Shown here one piece after another: positions 1 through 9,304 of a stretch of DNA of 64,000 nt. This stretch comes from Thermoanaerobaculia bacterium (GTDB lineage Bacteria > Acidobacteriota > Thermoanaerobaculia > Multivoradales > Multivoraceae), in assembly GCA_963664405.1 (NCBI GenBank), contig OY761158.1:1792001-1856000 (forward strand), written 5' to 3'. Positions within the stretch are counted from its first letter, which is position 1. Every line of letters begins with the position of its first letter. The notes under the pieces were generated by a model, which had not been told where the DNA came from, ran no database searches, and worked only from the letters and a program-made list of their open reading frames with translations. A program made the translations under genes and the position numbers.

Positions 1-983
1 ACGATCGGGTTGAGGCTCTCCGGCTCTCTACCGTACCAAGCAGGCAGGTTGCGATTGTAGATCTTGCCGTAACGCCCGTCGAAGGCGATGTCGCCAAAAC
101 GAACCCGTGCCTTCTCCCAAAGAAATTCTTGCACGTCCGGGCGCGCCCAACCGCTTCCAGCGATCGTAGCGGCATGCTCCGGGCCGAGCACCACCGCGCA
201 GTGGCCGGCGCTCACTGCGTTGTTGTGAGCAAAGCTGCTCATCGCCGAGACAACACTGTCGAGGACCCCCCTGGCATCGTCGGCGACATGATTCGTAACA
301 CTGTGGGGAGGCTCAGCAGCCATCACGAACACAGTCGATTCTTGCGCCGAGTACCCTCGGGCAACATGGTAGGGCTCGAACGGACTCTCTTCTTCGTTCT
401 CGGCGATGCAATAACTGTATTTGCCGGGGTGCCCGAGCGTGCTCTTGTCGAGCTCGCCGGGCCAGGCCCCGCCCACATTGAGCAAGATCAAACGGAGTGC
501 ACGACCGATGGTCGCGTTGGCGCGATTCCCGGAGCCGAAGACGTTAGCCCCGGAGTTCATCTGCAGCTGACCACGCACCGGTCCATTCACCACCAAGAGA
601 GGAGCAGCCATGTGGGTCGTCGCCTGGACGCCGTTGAGATTGAAGGCGGGCTCCGCTAACGCCAACAGGGCGGCCCGAACCACGGCTGCATACTGCGGCA
701 GACAGCCCGCCATTACCGCGTTGATCGCCAGCACCTCGCGGGTCAGCCCGCCCCATCGCGGAGGCACTCTGCACTCCGTCAGTCCCGGATTGGCGCCAAG
801 AGCCGCGACCATGGCGGCCACCTTCTGCGCCGTCGGCGGGACCACCGGCAAGCCGTCGGTCCACCCCTTTTCGTAGTACCACTCGACCAGGTCCCGATTC
901 GCCTCGAGTCGAGCAACTGCTTTGCCAGCTGCGGCCACAGCGCCCTCGACCTTGCCCCCCCTCGGTTTGCGCTGTGTCGTCAT
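1..983 (-). CDS. Conserved protein of the GWTDGLPVVPPT family, typically a partner or fusion of UGSC-family (seleno)proteins; runs off the window start
   Basis: Not in the ORF track because it has no stop in the window. ATG at 983-981 overlaps the upstream TGA. Manual translation: MTTQRKPRGG...WYYEKGWTDGLPVVPPT...AINAVMAGC...GVQATTH...GNRANATIGRALRL...STLGHPGKYSYCIAENEEESP; the frame is open to the window edge. Confidence 0.85.
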   Translation of the reverse strand, partial: MTTQRKPRGGKVEGAVAAAGKAVARLEANRDLVEWYYEKGWTDGLPVVPPTAQKVAAMVAALGANPGLTECRVPPRWGGLTREVLAINAVMAGCLPQYAAVVRAALLALAEPAFNLNGVQATTHMAAPLLVVNGPVRGQLQMNSGANVFGSGNRANATIGRALRLILLNVGGAWPGELDKSTLGHPGKYSYCIAENEEESPFEPYHVARGYSAQESTVFVMAAEPPHSVTNHVADDARGVLDSVVSAMSSFAHNNAVSAGHCAVVLGPEHAATIAGSGWARPDVQEFLWEKARVRFGDIAFDGRYGKIYNRNLPAWYGREPESLNPI

Positions 984-2428
984 CAAGATCCGTTCACTTC
1001 GAGACTGACCTCCGGACCGAGGGAGACATTCAGCACAATCGCCGGGCTGCCATCGAGACGCTTGGGTCGAGGCCGGCCGAATCTCCCTCGAGAACTCGAA
1101 CGCATTTCCATCTCGCAACCGGACAATCTGATCTGCGAGTCACCGAAAGCTTCCGAAGAACCGGAACGCACAACACAAGGAGTTGGAAGCTCCACGATGG
1201 CGAGAGTACTCCCCGTCAGCCGCATCGAAAGAGGAGTCGAGATCTCTCGCAGATCCAGATCGAGCCGACTATCGGCGGCAACCAGCTGCCGTAGCCGCTC
1301 GACCCCAGCGACGCGAACAACCGACGACGTCGCCTCCAGGCCCAGACTGCCACAGCCGACGAGCTCGATCTCACTGCGGTCGACCTTCAGCTGCAACTGC
1401 GCCATGGCCGCCACCTCCGCCTCTGCGTCAACGAGAGTCAGTTGCCCCGAGGCAAGCTCCTCGAGATCCAAAGTGGCGCCGCCATGCGCCGCGATATTTA
1501 CCACTCCTCGAACCCTCCTCGCCTCGAGCAGACCACCCGTCATTTCGACCTTGAGCTCGCCGCCAAGCTCCTCGATCCGCAGTTCTGCATCCTCAGCTGA
1601 AAGCTCGACCGAGGCGTTGTTGTCGGCAAAACCAAAGGACTCGATGAGCGAGGATCGTGCAATGGCATTGAGCGACCCACTCCATCCACGCAGGCGTACC
1701 GCCGCGTTCACCGCCTCGCCGAGAGCTTCACCTCCACCTCGCTCGAGCTCGAGTGAGCCGCCGTCCAGAACAAACGTGATCTTGCCTTCCAACTCGGAGA
1801 CCAAGAGCTGACTGTCGATAGCGGTGATTTCCAGCTCGCCAAAATGACCGGCGACCGTCAGCGAGGACCTCGTCACTTCGAGCATGACCACCCCTTGGCA
1901 GGCGGCGATGTCGATGCGGCTGTCGACTGCGCCAATCGCCAGATCGGCAACGCGCGTGGCTTGGACCCGAGAGTCCTGGACCGCGAGCGCGATCAGGGCG
2001 CCGTCACCAGAGAGCCCGAGATCCTCCGAGCCCTCGATCTCGACAGCGAGATCTTCGCCTTCGAGCCCGAGCTCCTGATCGGCCCGCAAGACGAGGTCGA
2101 TGCGAATACGTCGATCCTCGAGCCCCGGGTCCCGTGAAAGTCGGATCTGCCCTCCACTCACTGCCAGCTCGATTCCTTCGCCGCGCGTCGCATCGTCACT
2201 GAACGCGGCCTCTATCTGTCCCTGATCCGTCGACTCGCTGACGGTGACGAATACATCGGCCCGATCGAGAACCAGCGCGATGGGCGAAGAGAGTACTGGC
2301 GCCCGACGTGGTTCCGCCGCCGCCGGGTTGGCGGCTATCGCGGCCACCGAGATCATCGCGAGAGAGCCCAAAACATGGCTGACCGAGAGGCGCTGATGAG
2401 CCGGCGGGATTATTCTCGACATTGGCAT
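983..2428 (-). CDS. Secreted beta-strand-repeat (DUF4097/adhesin-like) protein
   Basis: 481-aa ORF with a signal-peptide-like segment (VLGSLAMISVAAIAANPAAA) and many short alternating beta-strand repeats. Exact start uncertain. Confidence 0.65.
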   Translation of the reverse strand: MPMSRIIPPAHQRLSVSHVLGSLAMISVAAIAANPAAAEPRRAPVLSSPIALVLDRADVFVTVSESTDQGQIEAAFSDDATRGEGIELAVSGGQIRLSRDPGLEDRRIRIDLVLRADQELGLEGEDLAVEIEGSEDLGLSGDGALIALAVQDSRVQATRVADLAIGAVDSRIDIAACQGVVMLEVTRSSLTVAGHFGELEITAIDSQLLVSELEGKITFVLDGGSLELERGGGEALGEAVNAAVRLRGWSGSLNAIARSSLIESFGFADNNASVELSAEDAELRIEELGGELKVEMTGGLLEARRVRGVVNIAAHGGATLDLEELASGQLTLVDAEAEVAAMAQLQLKVDRSEIELVGCGSLGLEATSSVVRVAGVERLRQLVAADSRLDLDLREISTPLSMRLTGSTLAIVELPTPCVVRSGSSEAFGDSQIRLSGCEMEMRSSSRGRFGRPRPKRLDGSPAIVLNVSLGPEVSLEVNGS

Positions 2429-2472
2429 CTCGGCAGGGGTCCATGCTGGGGTAAGCTACCGACTTCCCACCC

Positions 2473-2534
2473 TATCTTCTCTTCTTCGGCGAGGGAGCCC
2501 TAATATCTTCTCTTCTTCGGCGAGGGAGCCCTAA
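2473..2534. repeat. Perfect 31-bp tandem duplication TATCTTCTCTTCTTCGGCGAGGGAGCCCTAA x2 in a divergent intergenic region
   Basis: Copies at 2473-2503 and 2504-2534, read directly. Confidence 0.95.
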
Positions 2535-2568
2535 TGTTCTTTCTCAAGGTGGGTAGTTGGGAGTCTGC

Positions 2569-3333
2569 ATGACCGACCCGAGTTCTGTTTCAACGCCGGG
2601 GGATCATTCCAGCTCAGCGAGCGGTGAGCGGCGGAGCAGGCTGCGCTATCCGGCAGGCGGAGTGTCCGGGATCCTTCCTGGGGCGATGCCATTGGAGATC
2701 GTTGACGTCAGCGAGGTCGGCCTCGCGGTGGCGACCGGCGAGCGCCTGCAAATGAACCGTAGCTACAATGTGACAGTACAGTACCGCCGAAAACAGATCG
2801 AGGTGAGCGCAGAAGTGGTTTGGTGCCGCCTGGCGGAAACTCGGCAGACAAAGCCGGGCGAGTTCGCACCCTGGTACCACGCGGGCCTGGTCTTTCCGCA
2901 ACAATTCAATGGAGCCGGTCACCAGCTGTTGGCAACGTTGAAGAACCTGTGGATCACCACCGTCCCCACTCGCACCTTCGGAAGCGCCGAGTTTCAGCCG
3001 CGTGCGACGAGCTCCTTTGCGAGAGTAACAGCCGAGATTCAGGTGGGAAAGATCAGCCAGAGGGGCCTCGCTGGGCTGATCTACCTCGAGCCAGAGCCGT
3101 TCACCCGGATCCATCTCGACATCCCTCTGGGGAACAAGATCCAAGGTGCTGGAAGCACGCGCAGCCGTCTTTCGGTCGAGGGAAGGATCACCGACTTCGC
3201 GGAGCTGACCGCGGAAGGCAGCTACAAGGTTGGCATCGAGTTCCGACGGGTTTCCCAAAACAGCCGCAAAGTGCTGGCCGATTTCATGGAAGAACCCATG
3301 TCTTCTGGCTCCTACTCCCGTAGGGCAAGCTAA
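2569..3333 (+). CDS. Tandem PilZ-domain protein
   Basis: RRSRLR (RxxxR) and DVSEVG (D/NxSxxG) motifs, EVVWCR...AGLVF; a second, degenerate PilZ-like domain ends YKVGIEF. Confidence 0.8.
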   Translation: MTDPSSVSTPGDHSSSASGERRSRLRYPAGGVSGILPGAMPLEIVDVSEVGLAVATGERLQMNRSYNVTVQYRRKQIEVSAEVVWCRLAETRQTKPGEFAPWYHAGLVFPQQFNGAGHQLLATLKNLWITTVPTRTFGSAEFQPRATSSFARVTAEIQVGKISQRGLAGLIYLEPEPFTRIHLDIPLGNKIQGAGSTRSRLSVEGRITDFAELTAEGSYKVGIEFRRVSQNSRKVLADFMEEPMSSGSYSRRAS

Positions 3334-3425
3334 GCGTCTCCCGATCCACCGCGCGTCGACCGCCGTACAAACAGCGATAGTCACTCGCGGCGACCGGTCT
3401 GGCCGGACCGCGGAAGGGGAGTCTT

Positions 3426-4382
3426 ATGCTGGTAGGAAAAGGGCTCTTGGCGAGCAGTCTGTTGCTCGGCGTTGTGGCCGCGACCAGCGCGGCGGAGAGG
3501 CCCCCGCGAGGGGTCGAGATGCTCCTCCCCCGCGGCGACATCGCTGCAGTCTTCCAGCCCGAGTTCGTTCCCGCTTGGCGGGCCAAGATCACAGACGACG
3601 CCTGGGTTCTGGGTGTCGTCGTCGATGGGGTGGCCAAGGCTTACAGTCTCAACCTGTTGAACCGCCACGAGATTGTCAACGACCGAGTCGGAGACAACAG
3701 CTTTGCGGCGGTGTGGTGACCCCTGGCCAATACGGCCGTCGTGTACGACCGCAGAGTTGCTGGGAGAGAGCTCGAGTTCGAGGCTTCGGGAGGCCTCCTT
3801 CAAGCATCTCTGGTGATGAGAGATCGCGAGACCGACAGCTGGTGGTCGATCATGACCGCGGACGCCATTGGCGGCGAGCTCGAGAACACACCCCTCGTCG
3901 AGCTGCCGTGGGGACGGAAAGCGATGTGGAAGGACTGGGTCGCCAAGCACCCTCAAACCGTCGTACTTTCGGTCAACGGCGAAGAGCACCTCAACAACAA
4001 CCCCTATGACAACTACTTCGAGTCCGACGACACCTTTCGCGGCCTCAGAGTCAAGGACAAGAGACTCGGCGCCAAGGAACCCGTCTACACCTTTCGGTTG
4101 CAGGACGATCCCTACGCGGCCCCACACTCCTCCTTCCAGGGTGGCCGCCTGTTCAAGATCCCCGGCGACTCGGCAACGACGCTTATGCTCTACCGAGAGC
4201 GCGGGATCTCGTTTTTCGCCTCGAATGAGGCCTACCTGGTCGATGCGCCCGCCTCCGCAGATCCTCGAGAAGTGCTGACAAAGATCCGCGACGGCCGCCT
4301 CTCGAGCCAGCCGCTCGGGGGCTTCGACACCTTCTGGTACAGCTGGGTCACAGTCAACCCGAACTCGAAGCTGCTTCGTTGA
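3426..4382 (+). CDS. DUF3179-family probable selenoprotein (318 aa, UGA at 3717-3719 read as Sec)
   Basis: ORFs 3426-3719 and 3741-4382 are in one frame, joined as AVW-UGA-PLANTAVVYDR. Family motifs: AKAYS, HEIVND, SGGL, LVMRDRETDSWW, W..W...HP.T.VLS, TFWYSW. Confidence 0.88.
3733..3751 (+). promoter_or_regulatory. Candidate bacterial SECIS hairpin
   Basis: Stem GTCG(3738-41)/CGAC(3746-49) with a UGUA loop 22 nt after the UGA; G at loop position 2 followed by U fits the bacterial SECIS model. Confidence 0.65.
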
Positions 4383-4431
4383 CGCCTTCGACGCGTCGGC
4401 TAGCGTCCTCCCCGCTCAGGGCGTCGCGTGG

Positions 4432-5772
4432 TCAGGGCGCTTCTTCGCCGTAGCGGTAGCCACGGCGATAGCGGAGCTCTAGGCTCTTGTCCTTCGCTTG
4501 TACTTTCACGTCTCGGTAGCCGCTGGTGCTGGCTGGGTACTCGGACCGGTAGCTGAGCAAGTAGTAGCCCTTGTTGTCGTCGGTGACCTCTCGCATCACG
4601 TTGCCGAAGTTGCCGAAGTTCTGGTAGTAGATACCGCCCGTGTCACTGGTGATCGAGCTCATCGATGAAGCGAGGGGGCCGCTGCCTCCACCGCCGCGAC
4701 TCCCCATGAGATCGAGGGCGTAGACCGCGACATTGCCGGAGTTGAGGCTCTTTTCCATGTCCGGGTAGTAGCGGGAGTCCGGCGTCCAGACCGCACTTCG
4801 GGTCTCGCCGAAGCCGATACTGAAGAGGACCAGATTCTTGCGGCCGACGATACCTTCTGCTGCACGGCCCAGAACTTCCAGCCCCTGCTCGAAGACACGT
4901 GTCTCACGGTCGAGCTCCTTGGGTGGCGGTAGATTGACGAGTAACGATGGGCTACCTGTCTCACGCCGGGGCGCCTCCGAGCGGCGATAACCTCGGTCCT
5001 GCTCCTTCTTCCCTATGGAGGCTCGACCAATCGCTTCGATCACTTGCTCGCGGTCGCGGGTGAAGTCCGAGTAGATCTTGAGACGAAGATTCCAGGTGAG
5101 CACAGCCACCTGGTCGTTGGGAAGAAGCTCCTCTTCGACCCATCGCTTCGCGGCGCGGCTGGCTTCGATCTGGGGCCCACGTGTGAAGGGGGCGTCGCGG
5201 GTCCGGTCGTGGAAGAGAATCATGAAGTACCGATCGCTTCGCCTCTCGCCCTCAGTGCCGCTGGCATGAAGCTCGTCTTCCCCACCGTAGAAGGTTGCGC
5301 TCCCGATCTCGACCGGCTGCCCCTCTTCCTCGATGACGAAGTCGTCGACTCCCAGACCCGCGACGACATCCCCCTTGCCGTCGGTCACGAGAACGTCGAG
5401 TAGAACCTCGATGACGTCGACCTTCTCGCCAAAGACAGGTGTGTCGGCGCCCGATCTTTCGGTCGTTGGCTCGGTCGGGGCTGCTATCGAAGAAGCTGCC
5501 GGCTCTTCGCTGCTCACGGCAGCGGGAGATTCGTCCGCCTCTACGGGCGCCTGATCCGAGGATGCGCTCGAAGGGCTCGCCGGCTTGATCAAGGTCGCCT
5601 TCACCGATTTCCCTCGCTTCGACTTCTTCTCTTTGGTCTTCTTCTCCTCATCGACACTTCCCGCACTCGGCTCCGGCGAACCGGGGGGAGCCCCAACCCT
5701 GTGCGCCGTGCCAGGTTCTGCCGCGACTAGGAGGAGAAAGAGTGTGAGTGTGCCGAGACCTGTTTTTGTCAT
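4432..5772 (-). CDS. VWA domain-containing secreted protein (acidobacterial VWFA-related type)
   Basis: Signal peptide, then F.E.VDV.EV.LDVLVTD..G..V.GL..DDF.I.E.G, GRKNLVLFS.G, TGG and YYLLSY...YR.VKV...R.GY. Confidence 0.85.
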   Translation of the reverse strand: MTKTGLGTLTLFLLLVAAEPGTAHRVGAPPGSPEPSAGSVDEEKKTKEKKSKRGKSVKATLIKPASPSSASSDQAPVEADESPAAVSSEEPAASSIAAPTEPTTERSGADTPVFGEKVDVIEVLLDVLVTDGKGDVVAGLGVDDFVIEEEGQPVEIGSATFYGGEDELHASGTEGERRSDRYFMILFHDRTRDAPFTRGPQIEASRAAKRWVEEELLPNDQVAVLTWNLRLKIYSDFTRDREQVIEAIGRASIGKKEQDRGYRRSEAPRRETGSPSLLVNLPPPKELDRETRVFEQGLEVLGRAAEGIVGRKNLVLFSIGFGETRSAVWTPDSRYYPDMEKSLNSGNVAVYALDLMGSRGGGGSGPLASSMSSITSDTGGIYYQNFGNFGNVMREVTDDNKGYYLLSYRSEYPASTSGYRDVKVQAKDKSLELRYRRGYRYGEEAP

Positions 5773-5907
5773 ACTGGGTTCCCGCCTTCAACACTCATAC
5801 TGCCACAGTCGCCACCCGCCAGCATCCGCCCCAGACAGGCGAACGGCGGCGGAGGCACGGTGCGGCAACGCTCGCCGTACGAGACCCCCCGCGACGAACG
5901 ACTCGCC

Positions 5908-7458
5908 TCACGGGCGGTAGGTGAACGCCTGGGGCCCAGGTCTGCGCGCTCCGGAGGTCAGGTTGGCCCAACGGCACAAGATCGGGCGGGTGTCGCGAGG
6001 ATCGATGATCTCTTCGATCTCGAAGTACTCGGCCGAGCGGAAGGGGGAGCGCACTCGATTGAGACGCTCCTTGATCTCGGCGAGATGGGCCTCGTAATCC
6101 GTGGCTTCGGCAAGCTCGGCCTTGTAGGCGACCTCGATTCCACCTTCGATCGGAAGCGACCCCCAGTCTCCCGACGGCCAGGCGTAGCGGAAGTGATGGC
6201 TGCCTGGTTTCTGATTGGCGCCGCCTGCGACACCGAAGGCCTTACGAATCACTACACAGCAGAAGGGTGCGGTGGCCTGGCCGAGCGCGGCCAAGGTCTG
6301 GGAGCCGAATCGAATCGTCGCCTCCTCCTCGGCCTTCTTTCCGATCACGAAGCCAGGGCAATCCTCGAGATGAACGAGCAGCAGATGAAAGGTGGAGGCC
6401 AGGTCGAGGAATCGAGTCAGCTTGCGGCAGGCGTCAGCGGTCCATCCGCCACCGTAGATGTTCACATCCTCGGCGAAGAGTGCCACCGGCCAGCCATCCA
6501 GACGCGCCAGGCCGGTGATGATCGACCGTCCCCAATCGTGGCCGATCTCGAAGAACGAGTCACGGTCGACGACGCTGTCGATGACACTGCGCATCTTGTA
6601 GGTCTGCCGCGGATTGCGAGGAACGATCTCGATCAGCCCCTCATCTCGCCGTGCGGTGTCGTCCTCACGGCCCCCCCTCGGCGGCAGCTCGTCGACATTG
6701 GTCGGTAGGTAGGAGAGAAACCGGCGAGCCCGCTCGAAAGCCTCCTCTTCGCTGTCCACCGCATCGTCAATGGCGCCATTGGCAGTGTGAATGCGAGCGT
6801 GGCCGAGATCTTCCTTGGCGACGGTTCCTCCGCCCGCCCACTCCACCAGGGCGGGTCCGGCGATCATCATCTGCGCCGACCCTCGCACGATCACCGAGTA
6901 GTGGCTCGTCGCTACCCGAGCAGCTCCGATGCCGGCGACCGACCCGAGCGCCAGAGAGACCGAGGGCGCGACACCGAGATGCTGCACCACCAGCTCCCAA
7001 CTCCCAAGGCGTGGAATGTAGGTTCGCCCAGCCATCTCGATGGTTTTGACCGAGCCGCCGCCACCCATGCCATCCACCAAGCGGACATGAGGTAGACGCA
7101 GCTCCAAGGCGAGGCCCTCAGCATGGACGCGTTTGGCCCCAATCGAAGCGTCCGCCGAGCCGCCGCGAACGGTGAAGTCATCGCCGGAGATCACCACCGC
7201 TCGGTCGTCAATCTCTGCGGTGCCACAGACGAAATTGGAAGGCGTAAAGCTCTCGAGCTCTCCCTCTTCACTGTACTTCGCGCGACCGGCAACGGTCCCG
7301 AACTCATCGAAGCTACCTTCATCGACGATCGCTGCCACCCGTTCTCGTACCGTCAGTTTGCCAAAATGGTGCTGCCGATCCACCTTCTCGGGGCCGCCCA
7401 TCCGATGGGCCAGCTCCTCCCGCCGCCGCAGCTCCTCGATCTCGGGCTTCCAACTCAT
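5908..7458 (-). CDS. Acyl-CoA carboxylase carboxyltransferase subunit
   Basis: MSWKPEIEEL...MGGPEKV.RQH..GKLTVRER, DFTVRGGS, DCPGFVIG, IIDPRDTRP; start set at ATG 7458. Confidence 0.92.
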   Translation of the reverse strand: MSWKPEIEELRRREELAHRMGGPEKVDRQHHFGKLTVRERVAAIVDEGSFDEFGTVAGRAKYSEEGELESFTPSNFVCGTAEIDDRAVVISGDDFTVRGGSADASIGAKRVHAEGLALELRLPHVRLVDGMGGGGSVKTIEMAGRTYIPRLGSWELVVQHLGVAPSVSLALGSVAGIGAARVATSHYSVIVRGSAQMMIAGPALVEWAGGGTVAKEDLGHARIHTANGAIDDAVDSEEEAFERARRFLSYLPTNVDELPPRGGREDDTARRDEGLIEIVPRNPRQTYKMRSVIDSVVDRDSFFEIGHDWGRSIITGLARLDGWPVALFAEDVNIYGGGWTADACRKLTRFLDLASTFHLLLVHLEDCPGFVIGKKAEEEATIRFGSQTLAALGQATAPFCCVVIRKAFGVAGGANQKPGSHHFRYAWPSGDWGSLPIEGGIEVAYKAELAEATDYEAHLAEIKERLNRVRSPFRSAEYFEIEEIIDPRDTRPILCRWANLTSGARRPGPQAFTYRP

Positions 7459-7465
7459 GGCGCAA

Positions 7466-8344
7466 CTAGGCGAGACTCTGAAAGGTAACCGGATCCGGCC
7501 ACTCGGCAACCGACGCCTTGATCCGCTCACCGACCTCGGCGACTCCCCAGGGAGCTTCGTCATTGGAGCGGCGAGCGATCGGCACTGCCTGCCAAGCGAG
7601 GAGGCTGACGACGTTGCCGCCGACGGCGAAGATGCGTCCGGTGATCCCGGCGGCCTCGTCGCTACAGAGCCAGACGACGGCCGGCGACACCTTCTCCGGA
7701 GCCAGCGGATCCGCGGCGGCCTCAGGCATCAGATCGTCGGTGAGCCTCGAGTATGCGGCGGGGGCGAGCAGGTTGACAGTGACGCCGTACTTGACCCCCT
7801 CCAGCGCAAGACAGCGCATCAGACCCGCGATCCCGGCTTTTGCGGCTCCATAGTTCGTTTGACCGAAGTTACCCAGCAGCCCCGAGGTAGAGCTGGTGAG
7901 AATCAGGCGTCCGCCGGACTCCTGCAACAACATCTGATCGTAGGCCGCCTTGGTCACCAAATAGGTACCCCGTAAATGGACGTCGACCACGATGTCCCAC
8001 ATCTCGTCGGTCATGTTCTTGAAGGACTTGTCGCGCAAGATCCCTGCGTTGTTGATGCAAATGTCGAGTTGGCCAAAGTGGCTCACGGCGGCCTGGACCA
8101 TCGCCGCAGCGTCCTCTGAGCTCGAGACTGAGCCGTAATCGGCAACCGCCTTGCCTCCCGTCTCAGTGATCTCCCTGACCACTTCGTCGGCCATCGCACT
8201 GCCGCTCCCAGAACCGTCTCGGGCCCCGCCCAGATCATTGACCACCACCGACGCACCCTCGGCAGCCAAGAGCATCGCATGCGCTCGGCCCAGGCCGCCA
8301 CCGGCGCCGGTGACGAGCGCTACCTTTCCATCCAGCAATCCCAT
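7466..8344 (-). CDS. SDR family NAD(P)-dependent oxidoreductase (MFE-2/3-hydroxyacyl-CoA dehydrogenase-like)
   Basis: TGAGGGLG, NNAGILRD, GNFGQTNYGAAK (YxxxK); GGAGG RBS upstream of ATG 8344. Confidence 0.93.
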   Translation of the reverse strand: MGLLDGKVALVTGAGGGLGRAHAMLLAAEGASVVVNDLGGARDGSGSGSAMADEVVREITETGGKAVADYGSVSSSEDAAAMVQAAVSHFGQLDICINNAGILRDKSFKNMTDEMWDIVVDVHLRGTYLVTKAAYDQMLLQESGGRLILTSSTSGLLGNFGQTNYGAAKAGIAGLMRCLALEGVKYGVTVNLLAPAAYSRLTDDLMPEAAADPLAPEKVSPAVVWLCSDEAAGITGRIFAVGGNVVSLLAWQAVPIARRSNDEAPWGVAEVGERIKASVAEWPDPVTFQSLA

Positions 8345-8489
8345 CGATCTTCCTCCATTACCCGACCGGTCTTGGCCTGAGGAGCTCACATTGCCCAGGC
8401 CCATTGAGCGGGTCGCAACTATACGCGATCGGTTCGCGACCGGCAGTTCGGGAGCGACGCGGTAGGATCGCCGCGAGGAGGGAGCACTC

Positions 8490-9089
8490 ATGGCCACATC
8501 CACCTTCGAGCTCACCCTGGAGGGATTCTCCTTCCCCCACGAGCTGCCGAACAATCGGGCCAACTTCCGTTTCGTCGTCGACCTTCGCCTCATCCAGGGG
8601 GCCAAGTTCAAGACCGAGACGGTAATCATGCCAGGCTTCGATACCTGGTGGGAGTGCGATCTGAAGAAGCGCAGCCAACCACGCTATGTGCGGCTAAGCG
8701 ATCGAGCCGCCTTCAACATGAAGAAGATCGACGATTGGGAGCGACTGGTGCTGCTCGCCAGGGCCGACACTCTGCACTCACTTCAGGTCAAGGTGTTCGA
8801 TGTGGACCGGCCTGGTTTCTGGGACAATCTTGGCAACGCCTTCGGGAGGGTCGTACAGACCGTACTGGGACAGGCGGGCGGGGCACTGCCTGTGCCCGAG
8901 CTTGCCAAGGAAGGCTTCGGTACCCTCGAAGAGGATCTCCGCTCCACCGTCGCCAAGCGTCTCGCCGGCGGCGACAAGCTTCTGTTCCGAGGTTCCAAGG
9001 TGCTCAAGAAGAGCGGCGACTTCAGCGTTCGCGGCGCGGGCATCGACGGAGAGTACGTCGTTTCCTTCAACCTCAGCCGGCAGCCATGA
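8490..9089 (+). CDS. Hypothetical protein (199 aa)
   Basis: GGAG RBS, coding-like composition, no recognised motif. Confidence 0.75.
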   Translation: MATSTFELTLEGFSFPHELPNNRANFRFVVDLRLIQGAKFKTETVIMPGFDTWWECDLKKRSQPRYVRLSDRAAFNMKKIDDWERLVLLARADTLHSLQVKVFDVDRPGFWDNLGNAFGRVVQTVLGQAGGALPVPELAKEGFGTLEEDLRSTVAKRLAGGDKLLFRGSKVLKKSGDFSVRGAGIDGEYVVSFNLSRQP

Positions 9090-9255
9090 CTAGACCAGCG
9101 TTTCCAAAGTTCGTGTGCAATAGCTCGAGGTCATTCTGTTCGCTGGCCAGGCGCGCCGACGCAGGCATATTGGGCAATATGTCGAGGAGGCGAAACGCCG
9201 CCAGCGGACAGAAGGGGCCGAGATATGTGCGCGAACTTTGGAAACGCTGTTCTAG
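9090..9255 (+). mobile_element. Palindromic MITE family A, copy 1 (162 bp CTAG to CTAG)
   Basis: TIRs CTAGACCAGCGTTTCCAAAGTTCG ... CGAACTTTGGAAACGCTGTTCTAG; near-identical to 14822-14987. Confidence 0.9.
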
Positions 9256-9304
9256 CCTCGCCGAGCAAGCCTCGGCCGCGGTCTGAGATCGGCGCCGGCA
9301 AGCC

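Noticed and set aside
2473-2534. 31-bp repeats as a CRISPR array
   Set aside because: Only two adjacent copies, no spacer, and no cas genes in the window.
9284-9286. TGA in frame between the MITE-derived ORF and the YdjM-like gene, a possible Sec readthrough
   Set aside because: YdjM-like proteins normally begin at MDP..H (GTG 9305), and there is no Cys-equivalent context.
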